DNA of 64,000 nucleotides from a virus. Positions 50,791 through 60,138 of the stretch are shown piece by piece. A program made the position numbers and the translations under genes. The notes under the pieces were generated by a model. That model saw nothing but the letters and a program-made list of their open reading frames with translations, did no database searches and was not told the DNA's origin. The DNA lies in IMG/VR virus record IMGVR_UViG_3300025652_000043, positions 1 to 64,000 of that record; one strand, written 5' to 3'. Numbering within the stretch: the first letter of the stretch is position 1; every line of letters begins with the position of its first letter.

Positions 50791-52723
50791 CATCTGCATA
50801 TGAATGTCCAAATTGGACATCTATATCTAGTGCTCTGTTTAATTTTAATTCTTCATTTACTTTTGCTACTGCATTTTTTAAGATATTGGTTGTTACAGTT
50901 CTATGTAATATATCATCTACAACAGGGGCAACCACTTCATCATGAAATTGTCCACACATCTTAACTCCTTCATCTCTACAGTTTTTAACCCATCTATCAA
51001 AGGCATACACTCCTGTTCCTTGATTAAGAGTAGAAAACCTATCCTTATAGAACCTTAGTGAATACCAAAATTTAGATACTGGATTATATAGCCACATTTG
51101 AGTGCCAACTTCTTTAGTTATACAAGCTTTTGCTATTTCTTTTACAGACCAATTCTTTTTCCAATAAATCTTTAATAAAGTAGCACACTGTCTAACTGGC
51201 ATACCTGTTGTTCTAGACATAGTAAGCTCTCCAACACCATAAACTGCTCCATAATTAACAGTTTTAAAATTTGACCTTTCTTTATTTATGATAGTATGTT
51301 TAGTAATATCATGCTCAGAATATTCTGCATCATGATTCCAAAGCTTAAACCATTCTATATTCTCAATTGAAAGTCCCATTTCTCCATTAGTCACTTCATA
51401 ACCAAGTTCTGCTAAATCTAAATGGGGATCAAATCCAGGAACATTCATCACTTCAACATATTCAGGGTCAAAGAAATATATATAGTGTTGTTTAGTTCTA
51501 TCTTCTAATGAAGACATATCTGAACCACATAATACATAACCTTCTTCAGCTACCAAGCACCCTCTAATATGTACACCATCTCTCCAATCATTTTTACCTG
51601 TTGGTTTTGGTAAGTTTACAATTATAGAATGTTTAAATCTTAAAGTATTTGTTATTCCTGCTATTTTAGCTTGTAAAAAACCTTCTTCATCTACATCTCT
51701 TAGAAAACCTTTTAAAAGTCCTATTCTATGTTTAATGACATAGTACATATCTAACTGTTCTAAAGTTGGTTCTACCTCATATAATAGCTTAATTGAAGGA
51801 CATAATCCCTCTCCTCTAGGTAAAGACATTTGTTCTATCTTCCTAATGCTACCATCATCTTCTTTTTCATATTTAAAAGTTACAGGAATCCAACCTAAAC
51901 TATAGAACCAATTTTTAAGTTGTAAAGGAGAATTAGGATTACCAGGCTCTCTATTTTTCTCTATTTTTAGAGGTCCTTCAAAGTCTTCATCTAACCCTAA
52001 TTCATCTAATAAAGATAACCAATTCTCTCCTAATTTACTAACAGTATTATCTCTCTTTAGAAACTTTTTTGGCTTGTGAATAGATTTATAATTGATTTTT
52101 TCAGGCATAATATCTACTAGAATTTCTTTTCTAGTTTCAAATTCTGTTTCAAATAAATTTAAGTTACTATTACACAATGGAATATCAAGTTTCCATCTCA
52201 TTTCTTCTTGCTCTCTTGCACAGTCCATTTTATACATCAAGTATCCAATAAACCTTTTAATTTGCTTATCATCATTGTCATAAATAACTCTAAGATGAGT
52301 TATTTGCATATTAAACAGTGAAAGATTAATTTTTACATCTTCTCTTACTCTATTAATATAAACTTCAATAGGTTGTGTAGTCCAATCTGTTACCTTTGGC
52401 TTGGGGATGCCAAACATAGCACCATAATTATCAAGACCATGGCTGTTTCTTTCAGGCTCTAAGTACCAAGACAAAATAAGAGTATCAATTAATCTAATGT
52501 CTTTGTTCACTCCTAAAATCTTTTTCCACACAACACTATCAAATCTTGAAATGTTATGACAAATTAAAGTTAAATCATCTTGTAAAAGAAATCTCTTCAT
52601 TTGCTCATAATCAGTAATTTCACCTGATTTTCCTGTATCTAAATTATGCCAACCTAATACATGAATTTTAGTAATAGTATCTAATAAACCATCAGTTTCT
52701 AAATCAATTATATATTTTCCCAT
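50783..52723 (-). CDS. Family A DNA polymerase, T7-like, with 3'-5' exonuclease
   Basis: IDLETDGL (ExoI), HNISRFD (ExoII), GSDMSSLEDR (motif A), RSNFKTVNYG (motif B, Tyr at the 762-equivalent position), QFHDE (motif C). Confidence 0.93.
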   Translation of the reverse strand: MGKYIIDLETDGLLDTITKIHVLGWHNLDTGKSGEITDYEQMKRFLLQDDLTLICHNISRFDSVVWKKILGVNKDIRLIDTLILSWYLEPERNSHGLDNYGAMFGIPKPKVTDWTTQPIEVYINRVREDVKINLSLFNMQITHLRVIYDNDDKQIKRFIGYLMYKMDCAREQEEMRWKLDIPLCNSNLNLFETEFETRKEILVDIMPEKINYKSIHKPKKFLKRDNTVSKLGENWLSLLDELGLDEDFEGPLKIEKNREPGNPNSPLQLKNWFYSLGWIPVTFKYEKEDDGSIRKIEQMSLPRGEGLCPSIKLLYEVEPTLEQLDMYYVIKHRIGLLKGFLRDVDEEGFLQAKIAGITNTLRFKHSIIVNLPKPTGKNDWRDGVHIRGCLVAEEGYVLCGSDMSSLEDRTKQHYIYFFDPEYVEVMNVPGFDPHLDLAELGYEVTNGEMGLSIENIEWFKLWNHDAEYSEHDITKHTIINKERSNFKTVNYGAVYGVGELTMSRTTGMPVRQCATLLKIYWKKNWSVKEIAKACITKEVGTQMWLYNPVSKFWYSLRFYKDRFSTLNQGTGVYAFDRWVKNCRDEGVKMCGQFHDEVVAPVVDDILHRTVTTNILKNAVAKVNEELKLNRALDIDVQFGHSYADVH

Positions 52724-53005
52724 TTATTTTTCTTGATTAAGTTTAAAAATTTTCTCTAATAGTTTATTGTTCTCTGCTTGAAGCATCTTATTCTTTTTGT
52801 GTGCTCCTATCATTTCTTGTCTATAAGAAACTAACCTAGAAAATCTTGAACTATATGTTTTGAAATCTTTTATGAATTTTAATTTATTATCATTTATGAT
52901 TTTAACATTTTGTTCTTGTCTTCTAAGTTGTTTCTTGAGTTCTTTTATATAAGAGTTAGCTATTATTAGCTTCTCATAGTCTGTAAGTCTATTATACTTA
53001 AACAT
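52724..53005 (-). CDS. Hypothetical coiled-coil protein
   Basis: 93-aa ORF coupled between the helicase and polymerase genes. Confidence 0.6.
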   Translation of the reverse strand: MFKYNRLTDYEKLIIANSYIKELKKQLRRQEQNVKIINDNKLKFIKDFKTYSSRFSRLVSYRQEMIGAHKKNKMLQAENNKLLEKIFKLNQEK

Positions 53006-54275
53006 TATACAAAATCACTAAATTAGATGCTCTAGTCACTGCAGTGTATAAAAGTCTATTTCTTTCTTCTAATACTCTGTTTCTCATAACATCTTTAATA
53101 TTAATCACAACATCTTTATAAGTTGAACCTTGACTCTTATGCACTGTAATTGCATGGTTGTATTTATAACTTAAAAACTGTTCTGAAAATTCATAATACT
53201 GTCTCCAATCAATAGCTCTACTAATCGCCATAGCTTTTAGTTTTCTTACATTATTATGGTGAAGTCCTATAAAATTTTCATGTATAGCATAAATATTACC
53301 ATTCACAACATAAACTTCATATTCAAAAGCCTCTTGAGCACAATAGAAATTTCTAATAGTAGTCTCTAGTGTCTCCACTTTAATCTCTTGATTATTGTGT
53401 AAAATATCATCTTCAGATATAATATAAGGTGCATTAAGTACAAGAGTCTCTCCCCTTTCAATTAAAGCAGGAGTGCCATATATAGTAGCCCTTACTGAAA
53501 AGTTAATAGAATCAACTTCAGCATTAGTCCAAGCTAAATATTTAAGATTGTCAGTACCATTTTCTTCAGCAAGTTTATAAATAATTTTTTGCCTATCATT
53601 GGAGTATAAATATCCTCTTCTTTGGTCTGCTTCCCCCACTACATCCTCTTTTTTACTTTGAATAAGAGGTAAATTTCTACTCAAATCAATAATAGAATTT
53701 CCTTCTGCTTGTCTAATTATTTCAGTAAGTTCAATAGTAAACCAGTTTTGATGAAATACAGGTGAATGTACTTCCTTAACAGGATTAACTTGTTTCTCAT
53801 CTCCAATAAAAATAACAGGAAAATTATATTGTTCTAGTAACCCCAATTGATAGTCATTAAGCATAGAAGCTTCATCAATAACTAATAAACTACATCTAGC
53901 AAAAGGTGGATCACTTTTTCTAAAACTCTGTACAAATCTTTTGACTCCTGTTCTCTTATCAATTTGAGGTTTAAGCTTTAAACCTGCATGAACAGTACAA
54001 AAAACTACAGGGTCTTTATCCTCTTCCATAGCAATTTTAGTCTTTAAAACTGATAATGCTTTATGAGTAGGTGCTGAAATATAAACATAACCCCTATTTT
54101 GTGGGCTTTTCATAAACTCATCTAATAGAAAGTTTACTAAAGTAGTTTTACCTACTCCTGCAGAACCAGTAAGAACTATTCTTTTTCTCTGGTCTGATAA
54201 TTCAAATAGTACTTTTTCTAACCTTTCTTTTTGATGGTCAGTTAAAGTAATATTAATTAGTTTTCTTGTCTCCAT
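52998..54275 (-). CDS. SF1B helicase, T4 Dda/RecD-like
   Basis: GSAGVGKT, SAPTHKA, IDEASM, IGDEKQVNPV, LTEIIRQ, AITVHKSQGST and YTAVTRA. Confidence 0.92.
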   Translation of the reverse strand: METRKLINITLTDHQKERLEKVLFELSDQRKRIVLTGSAGVGKTTLVNFLLDEFMKSPQNRGYVYISAPTHKALSVLKTKIAMEEDKDPVVFCTVHAGLKLKPQIDKRTGVKRFVQSFRKSDPPFARCSLLVIDEASMLNDYQLGLLEQYNFPVIFIGDEKQVNPVKEVHSPVFHQNWFTIELTEIIRQAEGNSIIDLSRNLPLIQSKKEDVVGEADQRRGYLYSNDRQKIIYKLAEENGTDNLKYLAWTNAEVDSINFSVRATIYGTPALIERGETLVLNAPYIISEDDILHNNQEIKVETLETTIRNFYCAQEAFEYEVYVVNGNIYAIHENFIGLHHNNVRKLKAMAISRAIDWRQYYEFSEQFLSYKYNHAITVHKSQGSTYKDVVINIKDVMRNRVLEERNRLLYTAVTRASNLVILYNV

Positions 54276-54288
54276 GTTTTAAGTGTTA

Positions 54289-54320
54289 AAAACCCTAAAC
54301 TAGACACAGTTTAGGGTTTT
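54289..54320. terminator. Intrinsic terminator
   Basis: AAAACCCTAAACT-loop-AGTTTAGGGTTTT, 13-bp stem. Confidence 0.75.
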
Positions 54321-54340
54321 ATTTATAATAAAAGAGACAA

Positions 54341-54721
54341 TTATTCCTCTTCTTCTGTTGGCTTATTGAGAGCACTATCACCTGAAGCAATAGCATCTCT
54401 AGTTAATAGCATAAGAGTTTCTACTTGAATTTCTTTTTTCTTTAAGTCTTCAATAAGTTTTTCAATATGGTTTTGATACATATTACTTCTGCTTTTAGCA
54501 TTAATAGCTAAAAACATTAATTGATAAGCACTAAGGGCATGTGAATTATAAAATTCAATAGCTTCCACTATGTTAGTGATTTTTGATGCGGGATTAGCTG
54601 AGGTTTTTTCTACTCTTATTGCTTGATCTAAATCTTTTTTCAATAATCCAAACTTACTCTCTAATTGTTCTAGTACAAAAGCCTCTTTTGGGTCTAGTGT
54701 ATCTTCTTCTACTTTTTTCAT
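54341..54721 (-). CDS. Hypothetical protein
   Basis: 126-aa ORF. Confidence 0.6.
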   Translation of the reverse strand: MKKVEEDTLDPKEAFVLEQLESKFGLLKKDLDQAIRVEKTSANPASKITNIVEAIEFYNSHALSAYQLMFLAINAKSRSNMYQNHIEKLIEDLKKKEIQVETLMLLTRDAIASGDSALNKPTEEEE

Positions 54722-54735
54722 TAATTACTTTAAAT

Positions 54736-55269
54736 TTATATGGTTTTTACTAGTTTACTATGGATATGGTATCTTTTTTCTACTGAAGGAAAATATACTA
54801 CTAAATTAGAGTGGTGGTCATGTTCACAATGTCCACAATTAAAAGTAAAATCTTCTTTTGCAACTACAATTCCTGGTACTTCTAAAAAAGACTTTTCAGG
54901 TAAGTCATGATTCTTACTTAACTGATTTTTACTTAGATATTCATGCATGTAACATCCTGCAAATTCATCTATCAAAATTACAGAATCTCCAATTTCTTTA
55001 TCTTCTCTATTAAATTGTGTTTCTGTTGCTATAGAATTTTTAAGTGCTTTTAAAATTCTCTGCATTTCTTTTTGAGTATTTTCTTTACTAAAACCTATAT
55101 GATTTACTTCAACACCAATGCCTACTTTAGCTAGAGCATCTTTAAATACTTCCATAAATCCATCAATCTTGAATTTTTTCTGTTCTTTTGACAAATAATC
55201 TTTTAATTGATTATCAAGAAAGTTTTTTAATTTCTTCTTACTCTCTTCAAATTCTTCTGTGCTTTCCAT
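54736..55269 (-). CDS. Hypothetical protein with CxxC/His metal-binding motif
   Basis: CGHCEHDHH near the C-terminus. Confidence 0.6.
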   Translation of the reverse strand: MESTEEFEESKKKLKNFLDNQLKDYLSKEQKKFKIDGFMEVFKDALAKVGIGVEVNHIGFSKENTQKEMQRILKALKNSIATETQFNREDKEIGDSVILIDEFAGCYMHEYLSKNQLSKNHDLPEKSFLEVPGIVVAKEDFTFNCGHCEHDHHSNLVVYFPSVEKRYHIHSKLVKTI

Positions 55270-55270
55270 A

Positions 55271-55459
55271 TCAATTAAAATGATTAATATCCTCTTGGAT
55301 AGATTCTAAGTCTTTTTGAAGCTGAATTTCTCTTTCAGTTTTTTGTCTCTTCTCTTTCTTTTTTAGCTTTATTTGTAGAATAAAAACTACTAAAGCCACT
55401 ATTATACCACATAAAAGTGCTATAATATTTATACTAGTTATTAGTAAGTCTGTTTTCAT
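55271..55459 (-). CDS. Small membrane protein
   Basis: N-terminal TM helix followed by a charged tail. Confidence 0.55.
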   Translation of the reverse strand: MKTDLLITSINIIALLCGIIVALVVFILQIKLKKKEKRQKTEREIQLQKDLESIQEDINHFN

Positions 55460-55722
55460 TGTTTTCTGTTTTAAAATATTTGCTTTTAACTATAATTCTT
55501 CTACCTTTTCTTTTTAGATTGGTAGTAAACTGTTGTACTAGTACTGGAACTCTTTTTCTCATGGTCTTTTATATGTTAGTATTTGCATTGTAAAAACTAA
55601 AAAGGATATATTTAATACCCACTTTAGTCTAGGATTGAAATTGTATTTAACTGCTGATATTGATGGTGTAAAATAGAAAGCTTGTATTCTATAATTATAC
55701 ATTGTATATTTAAATGATATTT

Positions 55723-56394
55723 TCATAATAAGTTTTCTTTAATCCAATCTATGTTATCAATAGAGGCTTGAATACTACGAGTATTTGGAACCCATCTGTC
55801 ATCTTCTAACATTTCAAAATCTTCTTTTAAGTTAGATAACCTTCTCAATATTTCTTCTCTATCGTACACCTTCTCTTCAATTGCACTAAGTATAATACAG
55901 TTGTTTGAGTCTAGTTTAAGTATATCATTTCCTTCAAAGTATCCTAAACAATTAGATGATGTATTAATACAGTCCTCTTCAAGCTTACCACATTTATAAC
56001 ATTTAATTATTTCTTCACACTCAACTTCCCAATCTTCCTTACCACCTGATTCAACAAATGCTTTAAGAAATGATTGTGATACATTAGATAATGATGTATA
56101 AGGGATAATATCTTCTTTAGTAAATAAATTATCATCACTAGTTGCTATGATTTTTAACCAATCTACCCAACTATTAGTAAGTACACACTTGACTTTTTTA
56201 ACTTTGTTTAGATGATATTTATGTACCATCCAATCCCCCTCTTCAATATTTTCATCTGATGTGATGTAGATATGTTGATATTTTAAACCAAATCCTATTA
56301 AATTATTACTGTAATGTAAATGTTGAAAATTAGTTTGAAATATATGTGTCTTATCTTTTGTTGGCAATAATATTGCCTTTACTTGTTTTTTCAT
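55723..56394 (-). CDS. Hypothetical phage protein
   Basis: QHIYITSDENIEEGDW...KIIATSD pattern; CxxC insert. Confidence 0.65.
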   Translation of the reverse strand: MKKQVKAILLPTKDKTHIFQTNFQHLHYSNNLIGFGLKYQHIYITSDENIEEGDWMVHKYHLNKVKKVKCVLTNSWVDWLKIIATSDDNLFTKEDIIPYTSLSNVSQSFLKAFVESGGKEDWEVECEEIIKCYKCGKLEEDCINTSSNCLGYFEGNDILKLDSNNCIILSAIEEKVYDREEILRRLSNLKEDFEMLEDDRWVPNTRSIQASIDNIDWIKENLL

Positions 56395-56435
56395 TCTATT
56401 AGTTTTTCTATACTTTTGGATATATATGTATCATA

Positions 56436-56478
56436 ATCGTATCACTATCGTATATTATCGTGTCTTATCGTATCTCGT
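56436..56478. repeat. Short ATCGT direct repeats with 10-11 bp period
   Basis: ATCGT at 56436, 56447, 56457 and 56467, plus TCGT at 56475. Confidence 0.7.
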
Positions 56479-56582
56479 TACCAAGCACGAAACCCATATA
56501 AGTTAATCATAATAGCAAACAACGTTATAATTATAATTGTTGCTACTATTAATACTTTTACTTGTAAGCTCATATTTTTCAT
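56478..56582 (-). CDS. Small membrane peptide (34 aa; not in track)
   Basis: MKNMSLQVKVLIVATIIIITLFAIMINLYGFRAW*. Confidence 0.45.
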   Translation of the reverse strand: MKNMSLQVKVLIVATIIIITLFAIMINLYGFRAW

Positions 56583-56584
56583 AA

Positions 56585-57304
56585 TCAAGGTATTTTAAAT
56601 AAATAAATTCTAACTCCTACTCTAACATCCCATCGTAATGCTTTCATTTCATTACCAAAGTTATCAAATTTTTCTGCTGTAAATACATTAGTATTTGCTA
56701 TAAGAGTGGCATAACTATTTAAATGATATCCAAATGTAAGATTAGTACCAATAGATAAATTTGTCTCTGGTCCAAAATAACTATTATCTCTACTATATGG
56801 TCTTGAATCTACTCTGTTAATAACAGATAATTCTATACCAATAGAAGTTTCAAATAAATGGTTAATAATATTAGGTTTATAATCTATACCTAAATATGTA
56901 TATTTTTGATATTCAATTTCTTTTAGGTATTCATATCCAGCCCATATATTTACATCTAAATTAGGAATTGTAACACCAAATATAAATTCAGGATTAAATA
57001 CTCCTCCTTCTCCATGTGGTCCTTCAATTACCATTTTCATATCTACTGCTCCAGATACAAAGAATGTTGGTACTCTTTCATGTTTTAACTGTGCTTGTAC
57101 ATTAAAAGAGAATGCAAGAAATAAAATTAGTAATTTAATTATTTTAGCTCTTTTGGCATATCTTATAAGATTCTTTATCTCATTTTCTTCCATATAAATT
57201 ACTTTATTTTCATGGTGATTTACTGCTAGACATATTCTGTACCCTTCATCATGAATGTACACACCATCTCCAAGGTGTTCAGGTTTTAATAATTCTTCTG
57301 CCAT
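56585..57304 (-). CDS. Outer-membrane beta-barrel-like protein with internal signal peptide, fused to a small N-terminal phage domain
   Basis: KLLILFLAFSFNVQA|Q signal-like segment at about aa 57-71, amphipathic beta strands, and terminal WDVRVGVRIYLF. Confidence 0.55.
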   Translation of the reverse strand: MAEELLKPEHLGDGVYIHDEGYRICLAVNHHENKVIYMEENEIKNLIRYAKRAKIIKLLILFLAFSFNVQAQLKHERVPTFFVSGAVDMKMVIEGPHGEGGVFNPEFIFGVTIPNLDVNIWAGYEYLKEIEYQKYTYLGIDYKPNIINHLFETSIGIELSVINRVDSRPYSRDNSYFGPETNLSIGTNLTFGYHLNSYATLIANTNVFTAEKFDNFGNEMKALRWDVRVGVRIYLFKIP

Positions 57305-57332
57305 TGTTTTTTGTTTTTAATTAATTAATATA

Positions 57333-57650
57333 ACCCTCTTTCTTATTAGCTGTATCCCTTTTAAGTTCAACATTAAAGGCTAATAAGAGTAGGGTCACGT
57401 AGTTGCTATTCATTACTAGTTCATTTGTATGAACCTTAACTACTTAACATACTACTAGGATTCCTCCAAACTTTGTTTATAGGTTGCATTCAACCACCAG
57501 GAATATTATTGAGAGCTTCCTGAAGTTTTTTCTCTCTAGTTTACCCTGTCAATTCAGGATTAGTATCTTTATGTGAATATTACTCAGGTTCCAACCACTT
57601 AGGTAACCAATCAATAGATTGATAGCCCTACTGAGCTAGTAAGTGTCATG
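57333..57650 (-). ncRNA. Putative structured non-coding RNA
   Basis: ORF-free about 375-nt gap with multiple nested inverted repeats; see findings. Confidence 0.4.
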
Positions 57651-57679
57651 TCTATTCTAAATTCACAAAGGTTCAATGT

Positions 57680-57922
57680 TTAGCCATTATTTTTAATTCC
57701 TTTTAATAAAGTAGCACCTGTAATATTTAATTTATATCTTCTAATATCACTAGGATAACCTTTGAATGTTATATCAACCAAAGGTGTCCATCTACTACTC
57801 CAGACACAACCATCTTTATCAGTATCTTTTATCCAATTATATATTTCTATACACTCTTCAGCATCTTGTTGGTGCTCAGGGTCTTTTAATTGTCTGGTTA
57901 AGTGGTTCATTAATTTTCCCAT
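57680..57922 (-). CDS. Hypothetical protein
   Basis: MGKLMNHLTRQ... The internal ATG at 57922 has an A-rich leader and is preferred over the GTG at 58033. Confidence 0.55.
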   Translation of the reverse strand: MGKLMNHLTRQLKDPEHQQDAEECIEIYNWIKDTDKDGCVWSSRWTPLVDITFKGYPSDIRRYKLNITGATLLKGIKNNG

Positions 57923-58122
57923 ATTTTCTATTTTATTAAAAACTCTTTGCCCAAATTTCAGTAGGATATTGATTTGGCAAGGATGAAAGTCCTCTCTTGT
58001 ACCCATAAGCACCAACACATCTACAATAAACACAACTGCTGATACAGTTTGTATAATATTGTAAGAGCATTTATAGTCTTACATTATATCGTTTATCTTC
58101 AAATCAAAGAGTTTAATTATTG

Positions 58123-58222
58123 GACCCTTGTATCTCATTAGTTTAGTGCACAAAATAATTGGCTATTGCTATTTCAAAAGCTTAGTGCAAAAGTTGAGGC
58201 TATCACTAATGAGAGTAGGGTC
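58123..58222 (-). other. Conserved RNA stem element, copy 2 (copy 1 at 57333-57395)
   Basis: GACCCT..TCTCATTAGT pairs with ACTAATGAGA-GT-AGGGTC. Confidence 0.55.
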
Positions 58223-58247
58223 ACTATTATTGAAGTAATTATACTAA

Positions 58248-58283
58248 AAATCTAAAAGGCTTTGTGTCTCGTTTCACTCTACC
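58248..58283 (-). terminator. Possible intrinsic terminator
   Basis: AAATCTAAAAGG...CCTTTTAGATTT inverted repeat. Confidence 0.45.
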
Positions 58284-58358
58284 TTTTAGATTTAATACTC
58301 ATGACTAATAAACTAACCAAACCAAATTTAAACATGAGCATATAACAAATATAATTAA

Positions 58359-58619
58359 TTAATCAATATAATTTGATGCATTCTCTAAAACATACCATTG
58401 TTTAGGTCTACCATCATCATATTTAAAAGCTTTCCATTCTCTTTCATCAAATGCATATCCTGCTGCTGCAAAATGTCCATTATCTACTACTACTACCATT
58501 CCAGGTAGGAATTTCTCATCTGTCACTTTTACTGCTCCTGCAGCTTCTAAATTGTGACATTTTGATGCAAATGAAGCACCAATATGTACTCCATTAATAA
58601 CATTAATATACTTTCCCAT
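58359..58619 (-). CDS. Hypothetical phage protein
   Basis: MGKYIN...VVVVDNGHFAAAGYAFDEREW...DGRPKQW. Confidence 0.7.
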   Translation of the reverse strand: MGKYINVINGVHIGASFASKCHNLEAAGAVKVTDEKFLPGMVVVVDNGHFAAAGYAFDEREWKAFKYDDGRPKQWYVLENASNYID

Positions 58620-58621
58620 TT

Positions 58622-58936
58622 TTATTTGGTTTTAAGCTTAAACTTTTGATGAAATTCATGAGACTCTCTCACAAACATTAGTCCGTTTCTTTTATATGCC
58701 ACCATGGTGCTATCATCTTCACATCCATTTGTTGCATTAATTACTTGAAGATTAACAAGAGTGTATTCATCTCCTGTCTTCTCATGTATATATTTTACCA
58801 TTTCTTTTTGGTTTTGCAATAAGGATATTTTATTCTTTTTATTAATATTTCTCCTTACTTGTGCTTTAAACATTAATAATATTAATATGACTACTAATGT
58901 TGACATCACAATGTTTACTATTTTACTTGTATCCAT
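58622..58936 (-). CDS. Membrane-anchored DUF1653-like protein
   Basis: N-terminal TM, then YIHEKTGDEY...INATN...MVAY...MFVRESHEFHQKF. Confidence 0.55.
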   Translation of the reverse strand: MDTSKIVNIVMSTLVVILILLMFKAQVRRNINKKNKISLLQNQKEMVKYIHEKTGDEYTLVNLQVINATNGCEDDSTMVAYKRNGLMFVRESHEFHQKFKLKTK

Positions 58937-59044
58937 TACTATTTGGTTTTATTATTAAAGAACAATATGATTATTAAAATCCATATCATCATAAGATAAT
59001 CCCATATATTAAAAAAACTATCTGCATGCATAATTTAGCTATAT

Positions 59045-59272
59045 TTAATTGTTATCAAAATCATCTTCTAAGGCAGATTCAGGGAACATTTTATCCCAAT
59101 CTTCTTTGGTATTTCCTGTCATTATGAACTCCCTTTGTTCTGCATTTAAATTAGGGAATACATCTTGAATACATTTGACTCCTTTAGCATACTCATATAA
59201 TTGAGCTTGAGTTACTGGTAAGTCCATTACATTGGCTTTCCCCGTTATAGGGGATACTTTACTTACTTTCAT
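59045..59272 (-). CDS. Hypothetical phage protein
   Basis: SPITGKANVMDLPVT...IQDVFPNLNAEQREFIMTG...W. Confidence 0.7.
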   Translation of the reverse strand: MKVSKVSPITGKANVMDLPVTQAQLYEYAKGVKCIQDVFPNLNAEQREFIMTGNTKEDWDKMFPESALEDDFDNN

Positions 59273-59469
59273 TTGATTAAAATTTAACAGTTATTATTTG
59301 GATTTGTGCTTGAGAACTTGTAATATTGATATCTCAATATCACTTTGTTGGGCTACTAACTATGTTTTAGACCACAAGGGTCTAAAAGTCTTTTGAAGGT
59401 GCAGGAAACTTTGCTTTATAAAAGCTAAATTTAGAGTAAAAAAAAAGAATTAGTTAGGGTAAAATAATA

Positions 59470-59505
59470 ATAAGAGTAAGTACAGTTATTTGTACTTACT
59501 CTTAT
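59470..59505 (-). terminator. Intrinsic terminator
   Basis: ATAAGAGTAAGTACA-loop-TGTACTTACTCTTAT, 15-bp perfect stem just after the stop of 59521..60138. Confidence 0.75.
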
Positions 59506-59520
59506 GTATTATAGAGGAAA

Positions 59521-60138
59521 CTAGTTTCCTACTAATGCTTGACCTGCAACTACATTTTCTCCTGTCATTTCTGATTGGATAACTTGTGAAGCATAGAAAT
59601 CATCTGCTACAGAGTTTCTATTGTCAACATCTTCTTTTGCAACCATTGAAAAGAATACTGATCTATACTGAGGCTTATTGTTATCATCTAAGATAAGCTG
59701 ACCTTCCTTTGCATGATTTTCACCATATCTCACAACTTGTGAGTCTGCAAATTCATCCATTGTTCTTAGTCCTTCTTGTATAGCATAAGCTTGGTTAGAA
59801 GTTAAGATTGGATGATTAGACATTATTCTATATAAACATGAAGTAGAAGGAATTTTCCCTATTACGTCATCTATTGATGCTACTGCAAAAGGAACATCAA
59901 TCCAACATACTCTGTTTTCTTCATTTGTGAACTCTTGTTCAGCAAATCCGAAATCAGCAAGTGCAAATGGGTTATCTTGCAAATCATTCTTGATTTGTTT
60001 AGATGGGTAATAACTGACAGTTTTAATAACTTGTCTCAATTGGGCAGTTTTAGTGCCTTCTTTTTGGTACTCTCCTACATAAAGTTTGTCAACACTAATA
60101 GGTGTTGCATTTGTAGTTTTTCTAATTGAATTTTCCAT
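59521..60138 (-). CDS. Hypothetical early protein
   Basis: 205-aa ORF with A-rich leader. Confidence 0.7.
   Translation of the reverse strand: MENSIRKTTNATPISVDKLYVGEYQKEGTKTAQLRQVIKTVSYYPSKQIKNDLQDNPFALADFGFAEQEFTNEENRVCWIDVPFAVASIDDVIGKIPSTSCLYRIMSNHPILTSNQAYAIQEGLRTMDEFADSQVVRYGENHAKEGQLILDDNNKPQYRSVFFSMVAKEDVDNRNSVADDFYASQVIQSEMTGENVVAGQALVGN

Noticed and set aside
13837-54275. Inteins, group I introns or homing endonucleases in vRNAP, PolA or helicases
   Set aside because: Reading frames are uninterrupted, PolA and helicase sizes are normal, and no LAGLIDADG, HNH or intein splice motifs were recognised.
57600-57645. tRNA-like start (minus strand TAGCTCAGTAGG)
   Set aside because: No T-arm GTTCRA or acceptor stem at tRNA spacing; kept only as part of an unclassified structured region.
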